A DNA stretch of 63,976 bases, counting the filler, from Candidatus Nezhaarchaeota archaeon WYZ-LMO8 (GTDB taxonomy: Archaea; Thermoproteota; Methanomethylicia; Nezhaarchaeales; WYZ-LMO8), in assembly GCA_004347965.1 (NCBI GenBank). It is 3 parts of 3 records of this genome, joined end to end, with 100 filler letters (N's around TTAATTAATTAA, not from the genome) between each part and the next. Parts side by side here need not be neighbours in the genome. Positions count along the whole stretch, not along the records: positions 30,326 to 59,631 come from QNVF01000016.1; 2 more parts are not named here. One strand, written 5' to 3'. A program made the position numbers and the translations under genes. The notes under the pieces were generated by a model, which was not told where the DNA came from, did not search any database, and saw only the letters and a list, made by a program, of their open reading frames with translations. The first letter of the stretch is position 1. Each line of letters opens with the position of its first letter. Of the stretch, positions 49,765-59,493 are shown in pieces.

Positions 49765-50073
49765 ACACCAAGAAGCTATTATCTAGGTTACTCTACAAAA
49801 AGTTTTTCAAATAACCTTAACTAGCGGGTAATAACTAACCTTCATAACATCGACCAAACCTTTGCTTAAAAATAATTGCATACATGTACTTAATATTCAG
49901 ATGATCCATCTTAATTCTATACGAAGAGACTTCTATAAGGCAATGTTGGAGACATGGATAAATCCTGCATGTTGAAGAGCTATGCGATTATTTATGGAAA
50001 TCCATTAAAAAAGATTGTGATATTGTTCTTATGGATGAAAATCAAAATAAATAAGGATCGCAAGATCCTGACT

Positions 50074-51207
50074 TTAAATAGTTACTTGTATGCCTTTTAC
50101 CTTTCTAGCTATCTCGTCTCCAACTTCATCTGTGCGAGCTGAGCCGCCAAGATCTCGCGGGAGGACTTTGCCTTCCTCAAGCAATTCTATGACCGCAGTC
50201 TCTATTCTAGTAGCAGCCTCAGCAGCAGCTTTATCTTGGTACTTCGTCTGGAAGTACCTCATGAGCCACATCACTGACAGGATTGATGCAAGAGGATTAG
50301 CAACTCTTTTACCGTAATACTTGGGTGCTGAACCATGCACTGGCTCAGCCATAGCTAATTTGTCCCCTACTTGAATGCTAGGGGCAAGTCCGAGCCCTCC
50401 TTGTATAGCTGCTGCAAGGTCTGTTATTATGTCGCCGAACATGTTTGAGGTAACGCAGACGTTGTACCATTCAGGTCTCCTAATGGCCCACTGAGTCCAA
50501 GCGTCTACGTATGCGTAGTCCTTCTCTATGTCTGGATATTCTTGACCTACCTTGTTGAATACTTCTCTCCAAAAAACGCAACCCTTCAATACATTGCTCT
50601 TATCTATACACGTGACCCTCTTCTTACCGTCAACTGGAGCTCCATGAGGTAGTGATCTTGCAAGTTCAAAAGCGTACCTTATGACCCTCTCGCAACCCTT
50701 TCGTGTTAAAACTCTCACATCTATGGCTAACTCTGATTCTCCCCCTCTATTGAGTCTACCTCCTATGCCTTGATAGAGACATTCGGTGTTCTCTCTTATT
50801 ATGACCATGTTTACATCCTTTGGCTCTTTCTTGATTGGTGTTGGTACATTGGGGTAGAGCCTACAAGGCCTAACATTAGCGTAAAGATCTAAGCCAAACC
50901 TCACATCGAATATGAGTTTAGCGCCGGCATAAGTGCCATCAGGCCATCTAGCATCCTGCCAGCCAACAGCTCCAAATATGATGCCATGACTCTCTCTGCA
51001 TGTTGGCAGCAGCTCGGGTGGATACTCTTCTTTTAAATTCTTTAGATAGTACATAGCCCCTGCTTCAAACTCTATAAACTCAAAGTTCAATCCGGTGATA
51101 ACTTCTTCGCAGGCTTTAAGAACCTTTACTGCTTCCGGTGTCACTTCTCGTCCAATGCCATCACCGGGCACAACTACTATCTTATATTTGCTCGGCACAA
51201 CAGACAC
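50074..51207 (-). CDS. Beta-decarboxylating dehydrogenase (isopropylmalate/tartrate/D-malate family)
   Basis: [46 protein letters not shown]. Confidence 0.9.
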   Translation of the reverse strand: MSVVPSKYKIVVVPGDGIGREVTPEAVKVLKACEEVITGLNFEFIEFEAGAMYYLKNLKEEYPPELLPTCRESHGIIFGAVGWQDARWPDGTYAGAKLIFDVRFGLDLYANVRPCRLYPNVPTPIKKEPKDVNMVIIRENTECLYQGIGGRLNRGGESELAIDVRVLTRKGCERVIRYAFELARSLPHGAPVDGKKRVTCIDKSNVLKGCVFWREVFNKVGQEYPDIEKDYAYVDAWTQWAIRRPEWYNVCVTSNMFGDIITDLAAAIQGGLGLAPSIQVGDKLAMAEPVHGSAPKYYGKRVANPLASILSVMWLMRYFQTKYQDKAAAEAATRIETAVIELLEEGKVLPRDLGGSARTDEVGDEIARKVKGIQVTI

Positions 51208-51308
51208 CGCTTAGTGGGTGCTCAAAATCGCATATAAATGCTTAACGCTTCCAATAACCTAAAAAGTTGATGGCTCTTAGAGGTAAAAAAGGAAGGTAAA
51301 GGATGATA

Positions 51309-52526
51309 CTACTCTGTTACCATGTCGAGAATCTCCATTAGGTCATACATTTTCATGTGGGAGTCCGTCATTTGTATGGCATCGCTTAGGTTCCTGTAAC
51401 AGAATGGACATATCGACGTAATTATGTCAGCACCTGTTCCTTCAGCCTCCCTAAGCCTATTCTTAGCTAACGTTAATGAAACTTGAGGGTTGTAAGACCT
51501 AAGACCCCCACCAGCACCACAACACCAAGAATTCCTCCTAACCCTCTCCATTTCAATAAACTCTAGACCTGGTATCCTCTTGAGTACTTCTCTTGGCTGT
51601 TCGAATATCTCAGCCCTCATATGCACCAAGTGCCTACCAGTATGGCATGGATCATGATAAGTGACCTTGTGCTTAAACTCCTTCTTTATAGAGAGCTTAC
51701 CTTCATTTATTAATTGAAGAGCTAGATCGATCGCATGCCTTAATTCGAATGGGGGTTGTAGCCCTAGTTCTTGGTAGTCAATCTTAAATGCTCTGTAACA
51801 GCCAGCACATGAAAACACAACCGTTTTGGCCCCAGCATTCTTTATCGCATTTATGTTATGCTCAGCCAGCTTTCTTGCTAGCTCTCTATGACCTATCCTA
51901 ATCATTGGAGAGCCGCAGCACCACTCATCTCCATATAGTAAAGCGACATTTATTCCCACTTTTTGGAGTAACCTCAATGTCGCAGAAGCAATGTTCTTTT
52001 GTCTATACGAAGACGTACAACCAACGAAGTACACTACATCGCCTCTACTTGGAGGTTGCTTCACGTCTTCAGGGAGCCATTTTACTCTGTCTTCGTGCTT
52101 CTCGAGGTATGGATTATGCTCTTTCTCAGTCCATTCTAATATCTCTTTATGCCTTGGACTTATGAGGCCTGCTTTAAACAGATCGTGCCGAAAGGCCTCG
52201 TAGATTTCAACTGTATTGAGCATGTATTTGCCTTCAAGTCTCGTCTGAGCTACGTAACACTTGTCCCAGCAGTTCCTACAAGTTGGACAGGTGTAGAAGA
52301 GTTCTGCCAGCTTCTCGTTGAGTTGAAGCTTCCCTTCAATAACAAATCTTAGTAGCATTAACCGACCCCTGGCAGAGTATGGTTCGAAGCCAGGTGTCGT
52401 GTCAGCCTCTCGTAGTGGACATACTTTGTAGGCAGCATCTCTGTACCTCGCAAAATCACGGCAGTAACCACACCTGATACATCTATATATTTCGTCTATG
52501 TAACTCTTCACAAACAACTCAGACAT
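51309..52526 (-). CDS. HdrD/GlcF-like Fe-S protein (2x[4Fe-4S] plus two CCG domains)
   Basis: CIRCGYC, CPTCRNC; GC...CCG...CAGC and HDPC...CCG...CPFC. Confidence 0.88.
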   Translation of the reverse strand: MSELFVKSYIDEIYRCIRCGYCRDFARYRDAAYKVCPLREADTTPGFEPYSARGRLMLLRFVIEGKLQLNEKLAELFYTCPTCRNCWDKCYVAQTRLEGKYMLNTVEIYEAFRHDLFKAGLISPRHKEILEWTEKEHNPYLEKHEDRVKWLPEDVKQPPSRGDVVYFVGCTSSYRQKNIASATLRLLQKVGINVALLYGDEWCCGSPMIRIGHRELARKLAEHNINAIKNAGAKTVVFSCAGCYRAFKIDYQELGLQPPFELRHAIDLALQLINEGKLSIKKEFKHKVTYHDPCHTGRHLVHMRAEIFEQPREVLKRIPGLEFIEMERVRRNSWCCGAGGGLRSYNPQVSLTLAKNRLREAEGTGADIITSICPFCYRNLSDAIQMTDSHMKMYDLMEILDMVTE

Positions 52527-52543
52527 ACCTACACCTCCAGTTT

Positions 52544-53953
52544 CTATAACAATAAGAGACCTGGGTTCAAGATGTTGTTAGGATCCAAGGTCCTCTTGAG
52601 AGACCTCAAGAAGTCGAAATATACACCTGTATATGCTCTTGCTACTCTTTCACCTATGACCTTACCGAGCCAATAATGTATTGCTCCGTATCTTATTTCG
52701 TTCTCTATTAAGTCCCTCCATATCTTCCTCACCCATTCTCTAGCTTCTTCATCTTTATCAAACCAGTACAACACGTTCATTGGGTCAAGAGCGTTCTCAA
52801 CTACTAGTGAGGCTACGTAGAAGTCTATCCTCTTTTCCTTCATCACTTCTCTGTACTTGTCTAACACCCTATACCACAAGTCTCTATGAGCTGGGTAGTC
52901 CAATATTGGAACCTTGTAGCAGGCTGTTATCCACGCCTGTCCGAGGGGACCTGTTCTAGGTTGCCATTCCCAAGGTCTTGTGAAATTCCAAATTGGGAAG
53001 TCAGGGGGGACCTCTTGACCATCGTGCTTCTTCATTATGTCGTCTATGAGTGCTTTATGCTTCTCAACTTCATCTTTACTATAACCTTCCACATGTATGT
53101 GTACGGAGAAAGGTGCATCAGCTAGCCCTCTAAAGCCAGCCTTACCAAAGATTCTATTAAAGTCAGGTTCTAAGAGCGCTATATTGGTCGCTCTACGCTT
53201 TGACTGAAGCTCATGCATTGCTCTGCAAGCTTTTTCAAGATCCTGAAAAACATAACTGCCAAATGCCTGCTCATCGGGCCAAGGGATTATCTTTAGTGAC
53301 GCTTCGGTTTTAATGCCGAATACCCCTTGATCTCCAATGAACAAGCCCGTTGTGTCGGGACCAAACCCCCACCTAGTGAACTTCTTAGCATAAGGGTTAG
53401 CTCCCGAACCGGTCCTTATAACATCGCCTGTTGGTAGTACAACTTCAAGGCCAACGAGTATATCAGCAACTGAGCCGTATTTCGCACTTCCAAGACCAAC
53501 ACTGGCATTACTTATCGAGCCGCCCACGGTTGCAGCACCACCACTGAAGGGCCCGTAGAATGGTGTTCGATATCCCTTCTTCTTGAGGTCGTAGGTCATT
53601 AATGACCAGTTGATTCCAGCTTGAACGGTAACGGTCATGGAAGTCTCGTCCAGTTCCACTATCTTAGACATCCTGGTCATATCAATGGTAATTCCACCAC
53701 TTCCAGGTGGAAGGCCAACCAAGCCTGCTCCTCCACCTCTAATGATTATGGGCACTTTAAATCTATTAGCCACCTTCACTATTTCAGCAACTTCCTCTGT
53801 CGAGGATGGCCTTACGACTACGTCACAAACCCTGGGAGGCTCTGGGCTAGCATCCCTGGAATATGCCAGTCTAACGTTAATGTCATCGCTAACGAACTTT
53901 GAGCCTACGATATTACTTAAAGCTTCTACAAGAGCTGAGTGTGGGCTTACCAT
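52544..53953 (-). CDS. FAD-binding oxidoreductase, GlcD/VAO-PCMH fold
   Basis: P.STEEV, RGGG.G, ATVGG, GLEVVLPTG, GDQGVFGIKT, LDPNNILNPG. Confidence 0.88.
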   Translation of the reverse strand: MVSPHSALVEALSNIVGSKFVSDDINVRLAYSRDASPEPPRVCDVVVRPSSTEEVAEIVKVANRFKVPIIIRGGGAGLVGLPPGSGGITIDMTRMSKIVELDETSMTVTVQAGINWSLMTYDLKKKGYRTPFYGPFSGGAATVGGSISNASVGLGSAKYGSVADILVGLEVVLPTGDVIRTGSGANPYAKKFTRWGFGPDTTGLFIGDQGVFGIKTEASLKIIPWPDEQAFGSYVFQDLEKACRAMHELQSKRRATNIALLEPDFNRIFGKAGFRGLADAPFSVHIHVEGYSKDEVEKHKALIDDIMKKHDGQEVPPDFPIWNFTRPWEWQPRTGPLGQAWITACYKVPILDYPAHRDLWYRVLDKYREVMKEKRIDFYVASLVVENALDPMNVLYWFDKDEEAREWVRKIWRDLIENEIRYGAIHYWLGKVIGERVARAYTGVYFDFLRSLKRTLDPNNILNPGLLLL

Positions 53954-54113
53954 GCCTTAAACCCATAGAGTGTAAGTTATTTCTCATTTTAAAGTTTTCT
54001 AAGAACTAATTGGCTTGTGACATAACCCAAGTAGATAATGTGCAAATGGAGAGTTCTACACTTCACTATATTTCTTCATGATATTACAAAGTAGAAAAAG
54101 GGGGGTTAGGAGC

Positions 54114-55349
54114 TTACCAGCCCTTACTTAGTATCGTTGCAGCATTGTTTCCTGCGTAGCCATAAGTTTGAGCTAGAGCATGTCTTAGATCCTTCTTAAC
54201 TTGCCGTTGACCTGCTTCTCCACGCAGCTGCCAAACTAGTTCACATACTTGAGCTAGACCTTGAGCTACAACAGCTTCGCCAAATGCTCCAATACCACCA
54301 CTTGGACAAACAGGTATTTTGCCAGTTATGGGGTCTAAGTCGCCTTGTCTCAACATCTTCTCAGGCTCTCCTGGGTCTAAGTTCAATATGCAATCTAAGT
54401 ACGCGAAGTAATGCCAAGAACTGTTATCCGGCAGTTCAATTACATCTATCTTGTCGGGTGTTAGTCCAGCCATCTTGTAAACTCTTTGAACAGCATTTCT
54501 ACTTTCGCTAAGCGTTGGCACTCCTGGCTTCTTAAATGAGCTCGTATAGGTAAGTCTAACAGTTGGATCGCCGAATGATGGGGTACCAACTGTGACTGCA
54601 TTTATGTAAACTGGCTTCTTACATATCTTCTTAGCCTTCTCGTACTCGCATACAACGACGGCTGCAGCCCCATCGCTCGTAGAGCAAATCATCAATAACC
54701 TCAATGGATCACAGACCATCGGCGACTTCAATACCTCCTCTAGAGTGAAGGTTCTTTGATACCTAGCATAGGGGTTGTGAGGTGCTGGCTTGCTCGTTAC
54801 GACCTTAACTAGTGCTAAGTCTTCTTCTGTTGTCCCAGCTTCATACATCCTTCTCCTACACTCCATAGCCCAATACGCGGGGTTAGTCTCTCCACACATG
54901 ACGAACCTTATATAATCTATGTCGGCCTTAGCATCTGTTGATTGCGGCCTGAAGAAGCCGAAAGCTGACTTATCAGCAGCTACTGCAAGTGCTATATCAC
55001 ACTCGCCGCTTGCAACTGCTAGAACAGCTTCTCTTAATATTGACTGACCAGTGGCACAAGCATTTGCTACGCTAACAATTGGTATCCCCGTATAACCCAT
55101 TAAGTTGGCTATTGCAGTCCCACTTAGTATGCCATGCACTCCAGCTTGCTGACTAACCCACAAGTAGACGCCAGCAACCATAGCCTCCACTTGACGCCAG
55201 CTTATTTTGGCATCTTCAAGTGCTCTCTTAATGGCTTCAACAGCCATTTCTGGCATGGTTCTTTCAGGGTATGCTGTCGGGTTCTTAGGATCTGGGTATC
55301 TTCCCCACGGTATCATTCCAACTCCAATAATTGCAACATCCCTCTCCAT
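54114..55349 (-). CDS. SCP2/Ltp-type thiolase-family protein
   Basis: NACATG, SDGAAA, PSGG, Q..ELVWQLRGEAGQRQV; His motifs altered. Confidence 0.85.
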   Translation of the reverse strand: MERDVAIIGVGMIPWGRYPDPKNPTAYPERTMPEMAVEAIKRALEDAKISWRQVEAMVAGVYLWVSQQAGVHGILSGTAIANLMGYTGIPIVSVANACATGQSILREAVLAVASGECDIALAVAADKSAFGFFRPQSTDAKADIDYIRFVMCGETNPAYWAMECRRRMYEAGTTEEDLALVKVVTSKPAPHNPYARYQRTFTLEEVLKSPMVCDPLRLLMICSTSDGAAAVVVCEYEKAKKICKKPVYINAVTVGTPSFGDPTVRLTYTSSFKKPGVPTLSESRNAVQRVYKMAGLTPDKIDVIELPDNSSWHYFAYLDCILNLDPGEPEKMLRQGDLDPITGKIPVCPSGGIGAFGEAVVAQGLAQVCELVWQLRGEAGQRQVKKDLRHALAQTYGYAGNNAATILSKGW

Positions 55350-55360
55350 ACTACATCCCC

Positions 55361-55819
55361 CTACTTCTTACTTACATCTTCAACTGGTTTCCACATCCAA
55401 GTTATGTACTCGTTCTCCCCATCTTCGTATAGCTTGCCAACAGTTAATTCAACCTCCATATCGCATCTTAAGTTCTCAGTCGTAGCCAACATTCCCAAAA
55501 CCCTTATTCCCTCTGGTAAGTCAACTAAGCCTATAGCATACGGCTTGAATGGCTCCATCTTGAATGGTGGAGGTGGAGAATATCGTTGAATTGTCCAGCT
55601 CCACAGCTTGCCTCTACGGCTTAGTTCAATGACCTCCATGTTGCCAGGATCTTTCTCACAATCTGGATTGGGGCAGTAAGCAGCTTTTGGGAAGACTATG
55701 GCACCACACTTCTTACAACGGGCGGCTATGAGGGCTGGTTTATCTGAGGGCCAAGTGAAGAGACCTTCAACTATTGGGACCTTCTTCTTCTCTTTCTTAA
55801 TGAGTGCTTCTCCGTTCAT
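55361..55819 (-). CDS. DUF35/ChsH2-type Zn-ribbon OB-fold protein
   Basis: CKKCG..FP..YCPNPDC, GKLWSWT, PYAIGLVDL.EG; directly upstream of the thiolase. Confidence 0.9.
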   Translation of the reverse strand: MNGEALIKKEKKKVPIVEGLFTWPSDKPALIAARCKKCGAIVFPKAAYCPNPDCEKDPGNMEVIELSRRGKLWSWTIQRYSPPPPFKMEPFKPYAIGLVDLPEGIRVLGMLATTENLRCDMEVELTVGKLYEDGENEYITWMWKPVEDVSKK

Positions 55820-55936
55820 GTAGATCGCTTAATAAATTGTAGTTACTGCACCTATAATTCTTACGTTGCAAAAATCCATGAAAGGGCTTAATTAATTGAG
55901 ACTTCCTACATTTTATGATTACACTTTGATTGAAAT

Positions 55937-57307
55937 GTGAGTCTAGAGTTTTGCTTAAGTCAATTAGCGTGTAGATTAAAATATAGGATTAAGCTATTAA
56001 GGTTGGTAAGGAGTTTTATGAGGTCTACGTTTCTTGAAAGGTGGTTTGAGGAGATCGATGAGGTTAAGCGGAGGTATTGGAGAAACATAGTATACGAAAT
56101 TGCTCCCAAAGATCTCCCACCAATTGACGAAGTTAGAGCGGTTAAAGAAGCTCTTAGAAAGCCAATAGCGTCCAAGCCATTAAGTGAGATTGCAGGACCA
56201 GGCATGAAAGCTGTCGTGGTCGTTGACGATATTACTAGGGCTACGCCAAGACAGAGAATACTCCCAGTGATTCTTGATGAGCTTAATCATGCTGGAATTC
56301 TCGACTCTGACATTAAGATAGTGATAGCTTTAGGCACACATAGATACTTGAAGTCCGAAGAGATCGTAAAATGTGTTGGTGAAGAAGTTGTTAGAAGGGT
56401 CGAAGTATTGAACCATGAGTGGATGGACAAGGAGAAGCTAGTCTACATCGGTGAGACCAGAAGCGGCATACCAGTATACGTCAATAAGCTTGTCTACGAA
56501 GCCGACTTAATAGTGGGTGTTGGCTGCATAATACCGCACCTATATGCTGGTTATGGTGGGGGGGCTAAGATAATTCAGCCAGGTGTATGTGGTGAGATCA
56601 CCACTGCCCGTACTCATGTCCTAGGAGCTCTCATCGGTCCAGAGAATTTGTTGGGAAATCCTTACAACGAGGTAAGGATGGAGATGGAGGAGGTCGCTGA
56701 GACTGTGGGCTTGGACTTCATAGTCAACGTGGTCTTAAATGGAAGAGGTGAGGTGGTCAAAGTGGTTGCAGGTGACATGAGAGAGGCTTTTAGAAAGGGG
56801 GTTGCAGTTGCTGAGGAAGTCTATAAGAGAGAGATACCGAGATTAGCTGATGTGGTAGTAGTTAACTCGTACCCTGCAATCCTAGACTACTGGCAAGCTA
56901 TAAAGGGGTTAGTTCATGCTCAATTAGGAGTCAAGGAAGGCGGTACAGTCGTTTTGTACACTGATTGCCCGGATGGAATATCAGCTACGCATGGAAAAGT
57001 ATTTGAAAAGTATACTAAGATGAGCTTAACAGAGATCGAAAAGAAGCTTAAGGAAGCCGAAGGAGAAGACCTTATCGGATTGAGCACCCTCTTCGTTCAT
57101 AAAAAGTGCTTAGCAAAGACCAAGTGCATATGCATATCTGAGGAACTTAGCATTAGGGATAAGGAGATACTCAGCTTTACTCACGCCGATACCATAGTTA
57201 AAGCTATTGAAGAAGTGCTTAGTGAATACGGTAGAGATTCTGAGATAGGCTTAATACATCATGGAGGAGAGGTCTTTCCCCAGCTGAAGGGCTGTATCGT
57301 TAAGTGA
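55937..57307 (+). CDS. larA: LarA-family nickel-pincer racemase/epimerase
   Basis: DDITR, ALGTHR, PHLYAGYGGGAK, downstream His (RTH), WQAIK; true start probably ~56018 or later. Confidence 0.85.
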   Translation: MSLEFCLSQLACRLKYRIKLLRLVRSFMRSTFLERWFEEIDEVKRRYWRNIVYEIAPKDLPPIDEVRAVKEALRKPIASKPLSEIAGPGMKAVVVVDDITRATPRQRILPVILDELNHAGILDSDIKIVIALGTHRYLKSEEIVKCVGEEVVRRVEVLNHEWMDKEKLVYIGETRSGIPVYVNKLVYEADLIVGVGCIIPHLYAGYGGGAKIIQPGVCGEITTARTHVLGALIGPENLLGNPYNEVRMEMEEVAETVGLDFIVNVVLNGRGEVVKVVAGDMREAFRKGVAVAEEVYKREIPRLADVVVVNSYPAILDYWQAIKGLVHAQLGVKEGGTVVLYTDCPDGISATHGKVFEKYTKMSLTEIEKKLKEAEGEDLIGLSTLFVHKKCLAKTKCICISEELSIRDKEILSFTHADTIVKAIEEVLSEYGRDSEIGLIHHGGEVFPQLKGCIVK

Positions 57308-57308
57308 T

Positions 57309-57332
57309 ATACCTAGTTCTTAAGATAGGTAT
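57309..57332. terminator. Hairpin between convergent larA and SDR genes
   Basis: ATACCTA-GTTCTTAAGA-TAGGTAT, 7-bp arms just after the larA stop. Confidence 0.25.
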
Positions 57333-57357
57333 GTGAAGCTACTCGAAAACTTCATGC

Positions 57358-58269
57358 TCACAGATGAAATTTTAGGTGATTAATGTAGTCAGTCACTCCA
57401 TCTCTTATTGTATACTTTTGCTTGTATTGTAGTTCATCCCTGATTCTATTAGCATTAACAAGAACTCTCGGTGTCTCATCTCCCGGCTCTACCTCAATTT
57501 GTGCCTCTGGCACTAATTCTTTAACGTAGCTAGCTAGCTCTCTTAAGGTCACGACCTCGTCGCATGTATTGTAAATACAGTATTTGTGGTGTTTAACGTT
57601 TAAGCCGAACCACAATACGTTAGCAGCCTCCTTAACATACTGAAGTACTAGTTTCGTATCGGCCTTCGTGACTAGCACCTTCCTCCCCGCCACTGAGTCC
57701 TCGAAGAGCAATACAAGGATATCCATGAAGCCTATTCGATCGCGTCCTGGACCGAAGACTAGGCCGAGCCTAAGCCCTAAGATATCTAGACCGTAGGTTC
57801 CCCAATAATATTGAGCGTTAAACTCGTTAACGATGTAGCTCACTCCATGACCTACCATTGGCTTTACTGGGGCATCTTCATCAACCCTAACTTGAGAGTA
57901 GAGGTGTGGTGGACCTAGTTGAGCATACGAACTAGCCCAAACAAGTCTCTTCACATCAGTTAATCTTACGGCTTCCAAGACATTTAAGAATCCTGTAATC
58001 ATAGTCTTCACAACGTTTTTCGGAGTCCAAGGAGGTCTCTCAGCAGCAACGTATATTACATAGTCCACACAGTACCTCTTAATTACGCTTATGACCTCAT
58101 CTATCTCAGTTATCGAGCCTCTCTCTATCTTCACCTTATCCTTAATGTCACTTATCTTGGAGGTATCGCTTGATCGACTAAAAACTATGACGTCAGCGTT
58201 CTCACTTAAAAGCTTACGAACTGTGTGAGAACCTATGAAGCCTGTTCCGCCTATTACTAGGCATCGCAT
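57358..58269 (-). CDS. Extended SDR (NAD-dependent epimerase/dehydratase fold), atypical active site
   Basis: GGTGFIG, ASS, LR..LVFGPG; YxxxK position reads HGVSY. Confidence 0.85.
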   Translation of the reverse strand: MRCLVIGGTGFIGSHTVRKLLSENADVIVFSRSSDTSKISDIKDKVKIERGSITEIDEVISVIKRYCVDYVIYVAAERPPWTPKNVVKTMITGFLNVLEAVRLTDVKRLVWASSYAQLGPPHLYSQVRVDEDAPVKPMVGHGVSYIVNEFNAQYYWGTYGLDILGLRLGLVFGPGRDRIGFMDILVLLFEDSVAGRKVLVTKADTKLVLQYVKEAANVLWFGLNVKHHKYCIYNTCDEVVTLRELASYVKELVPEAQIEVEPGDETPRVLVNANRIRDELQYKQKYTIRDGVTDYINHLKFHL

Positions 58270-58277
58270 CGAACCAC

Positions 58278-59483
58278 CTACTTGTACACCATCTTCGCTA
58301 AGAGCTCTATTACATCGTAGAACTTGATCCTCGAATTTACAGCGTTTATTGCGTCAACCAGATTCCTCTTGCAAAATGGACATGCAGAGACTAAGACCTC
58401 TGCGTCTACACTCTCAGCTCTCTTAACGGTTGCTATTCCTATCCTTAAAGCTAGCTCGCTGAAGCCAGATTTTACTCCTCCTCCACCACCACAACAGATC
58501 GCGTATTGCCTTGTCGGAGTCATCTCTACGAACTCTACTTCCGGGACACTCTTTATGATCTCTCTTGGAGGATCATAGACCCCAGCATGCCTACCTAAGT
58601 GGCATGGATCGTGATATGTGACTCTGCAGTTAACGCCCCCAATGACCTTCAGCCATCCCTTCTCGATAAGCTCCCAAATAAGCTCGGTCGAGTGGAGAAC
58701 CTCGAAGTCCCACTTCTCACCTAGAATTTCAGGGTAATCGAGCTTTAGAGTCCTGTAGCAACCAGCGCATGAAGTAATGACCCTCCTTGCCCCAACCCTC
58801 TTCAATTCTTCTAAGTTGTGCTTAGCTAAAGTCTCAACGTAGTCCCACTGACCAGTCCTTAGGAGAATCGATCCGCAACACCATTCATCAATTACTGCTG
58901 GCGATATACCTGCCCTAGTCAGTACTCTGATGGTACTCTCGCATATCTCTGGATGTCTATAAGGCGATGTGCAACCCGCGAAGTACACTACATCGCCTTT
59001 CTTAGTTGGCTTATAGCTACTTAGAAGCCAAGCAAATCGGTTTTCGTGAGGTTCTCCATAAGGGTTCTTATGCATGGCTATGTTAACGCTAACTTGACGA
59101 TGCTTCTCTAAGAGCAGGTTAGGCTTTCTCTTGAATATCTCGGCTCGTAGAGCCTCAAAAATCTCTACTTGGTTTAGTTCATCTACATTAGAGACCCCCA
59201 TGACAACTGGAAGGTGTATTATGCAAACTTCATGGCATGCACCACACAGAGTACAGCTGTAAACTACCTCAACAAGGTCCTCTGTTATGTCGATTTCTCC
59301 CTCTAAAAGTCCCTGGGCCATGGCTAGTCTGCCTCTAGCAGTTAAGAAGTCCCACGGACCTTTAGGATTATGCTCATATACTGGGCATATCTTGTGTATC
59401 CCGCGATCAGCGAAGACAGGTGTTCTACACCAACCACATCTAGCACACCGATAGATTTGCTTGGCATAATTCTCCAGCATCAT
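58278..59483 (-). CDS. HdrD/GlcF-like Fe-S protein (second paralog)
   Basis: CARCGWC, CTLCGACHEVC; GC...CCG...CAGC and HDPCH...CCGGGG...CPFC. Confidence 0.88.
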   Translation of the reverse strand: MMLENYAKQIYRCARCGWCRTPVFADRGIHKICPVYEHNPKGPWDFLTARGRLAMAQGLLEGEIDITEDLVEVVYSCTLCGACHEVCIIHLPVVMGVSNVDELNQVEIFEALRAEIFKRKPNLLLEKHRQVSVNIAMHKNPYGEPHENRFAWLLSSYKPTKKGDVVYFAGCTSPYRHPEICESTIRVLTRAGISPAVIDEWCCGSILLRTGQWDYVETLAKHNLEELKRVGARRVITSCAGCYRTLKLDYPEILGEKWDFEVLHSTELIWELIEKGWLKVIGGVNCRVTYHDPCHLGRHAGVYDPPREIIKSVPEVEFVEMTPTRQYAICCGGGGGVKSGFSELALRIGIATVKRAESVDAEVLVSACPFCKRNLVDAINAVNSRIKFYDVIELLAKMVYK

Positions 59484-59493
59484 TTATCCCCCC

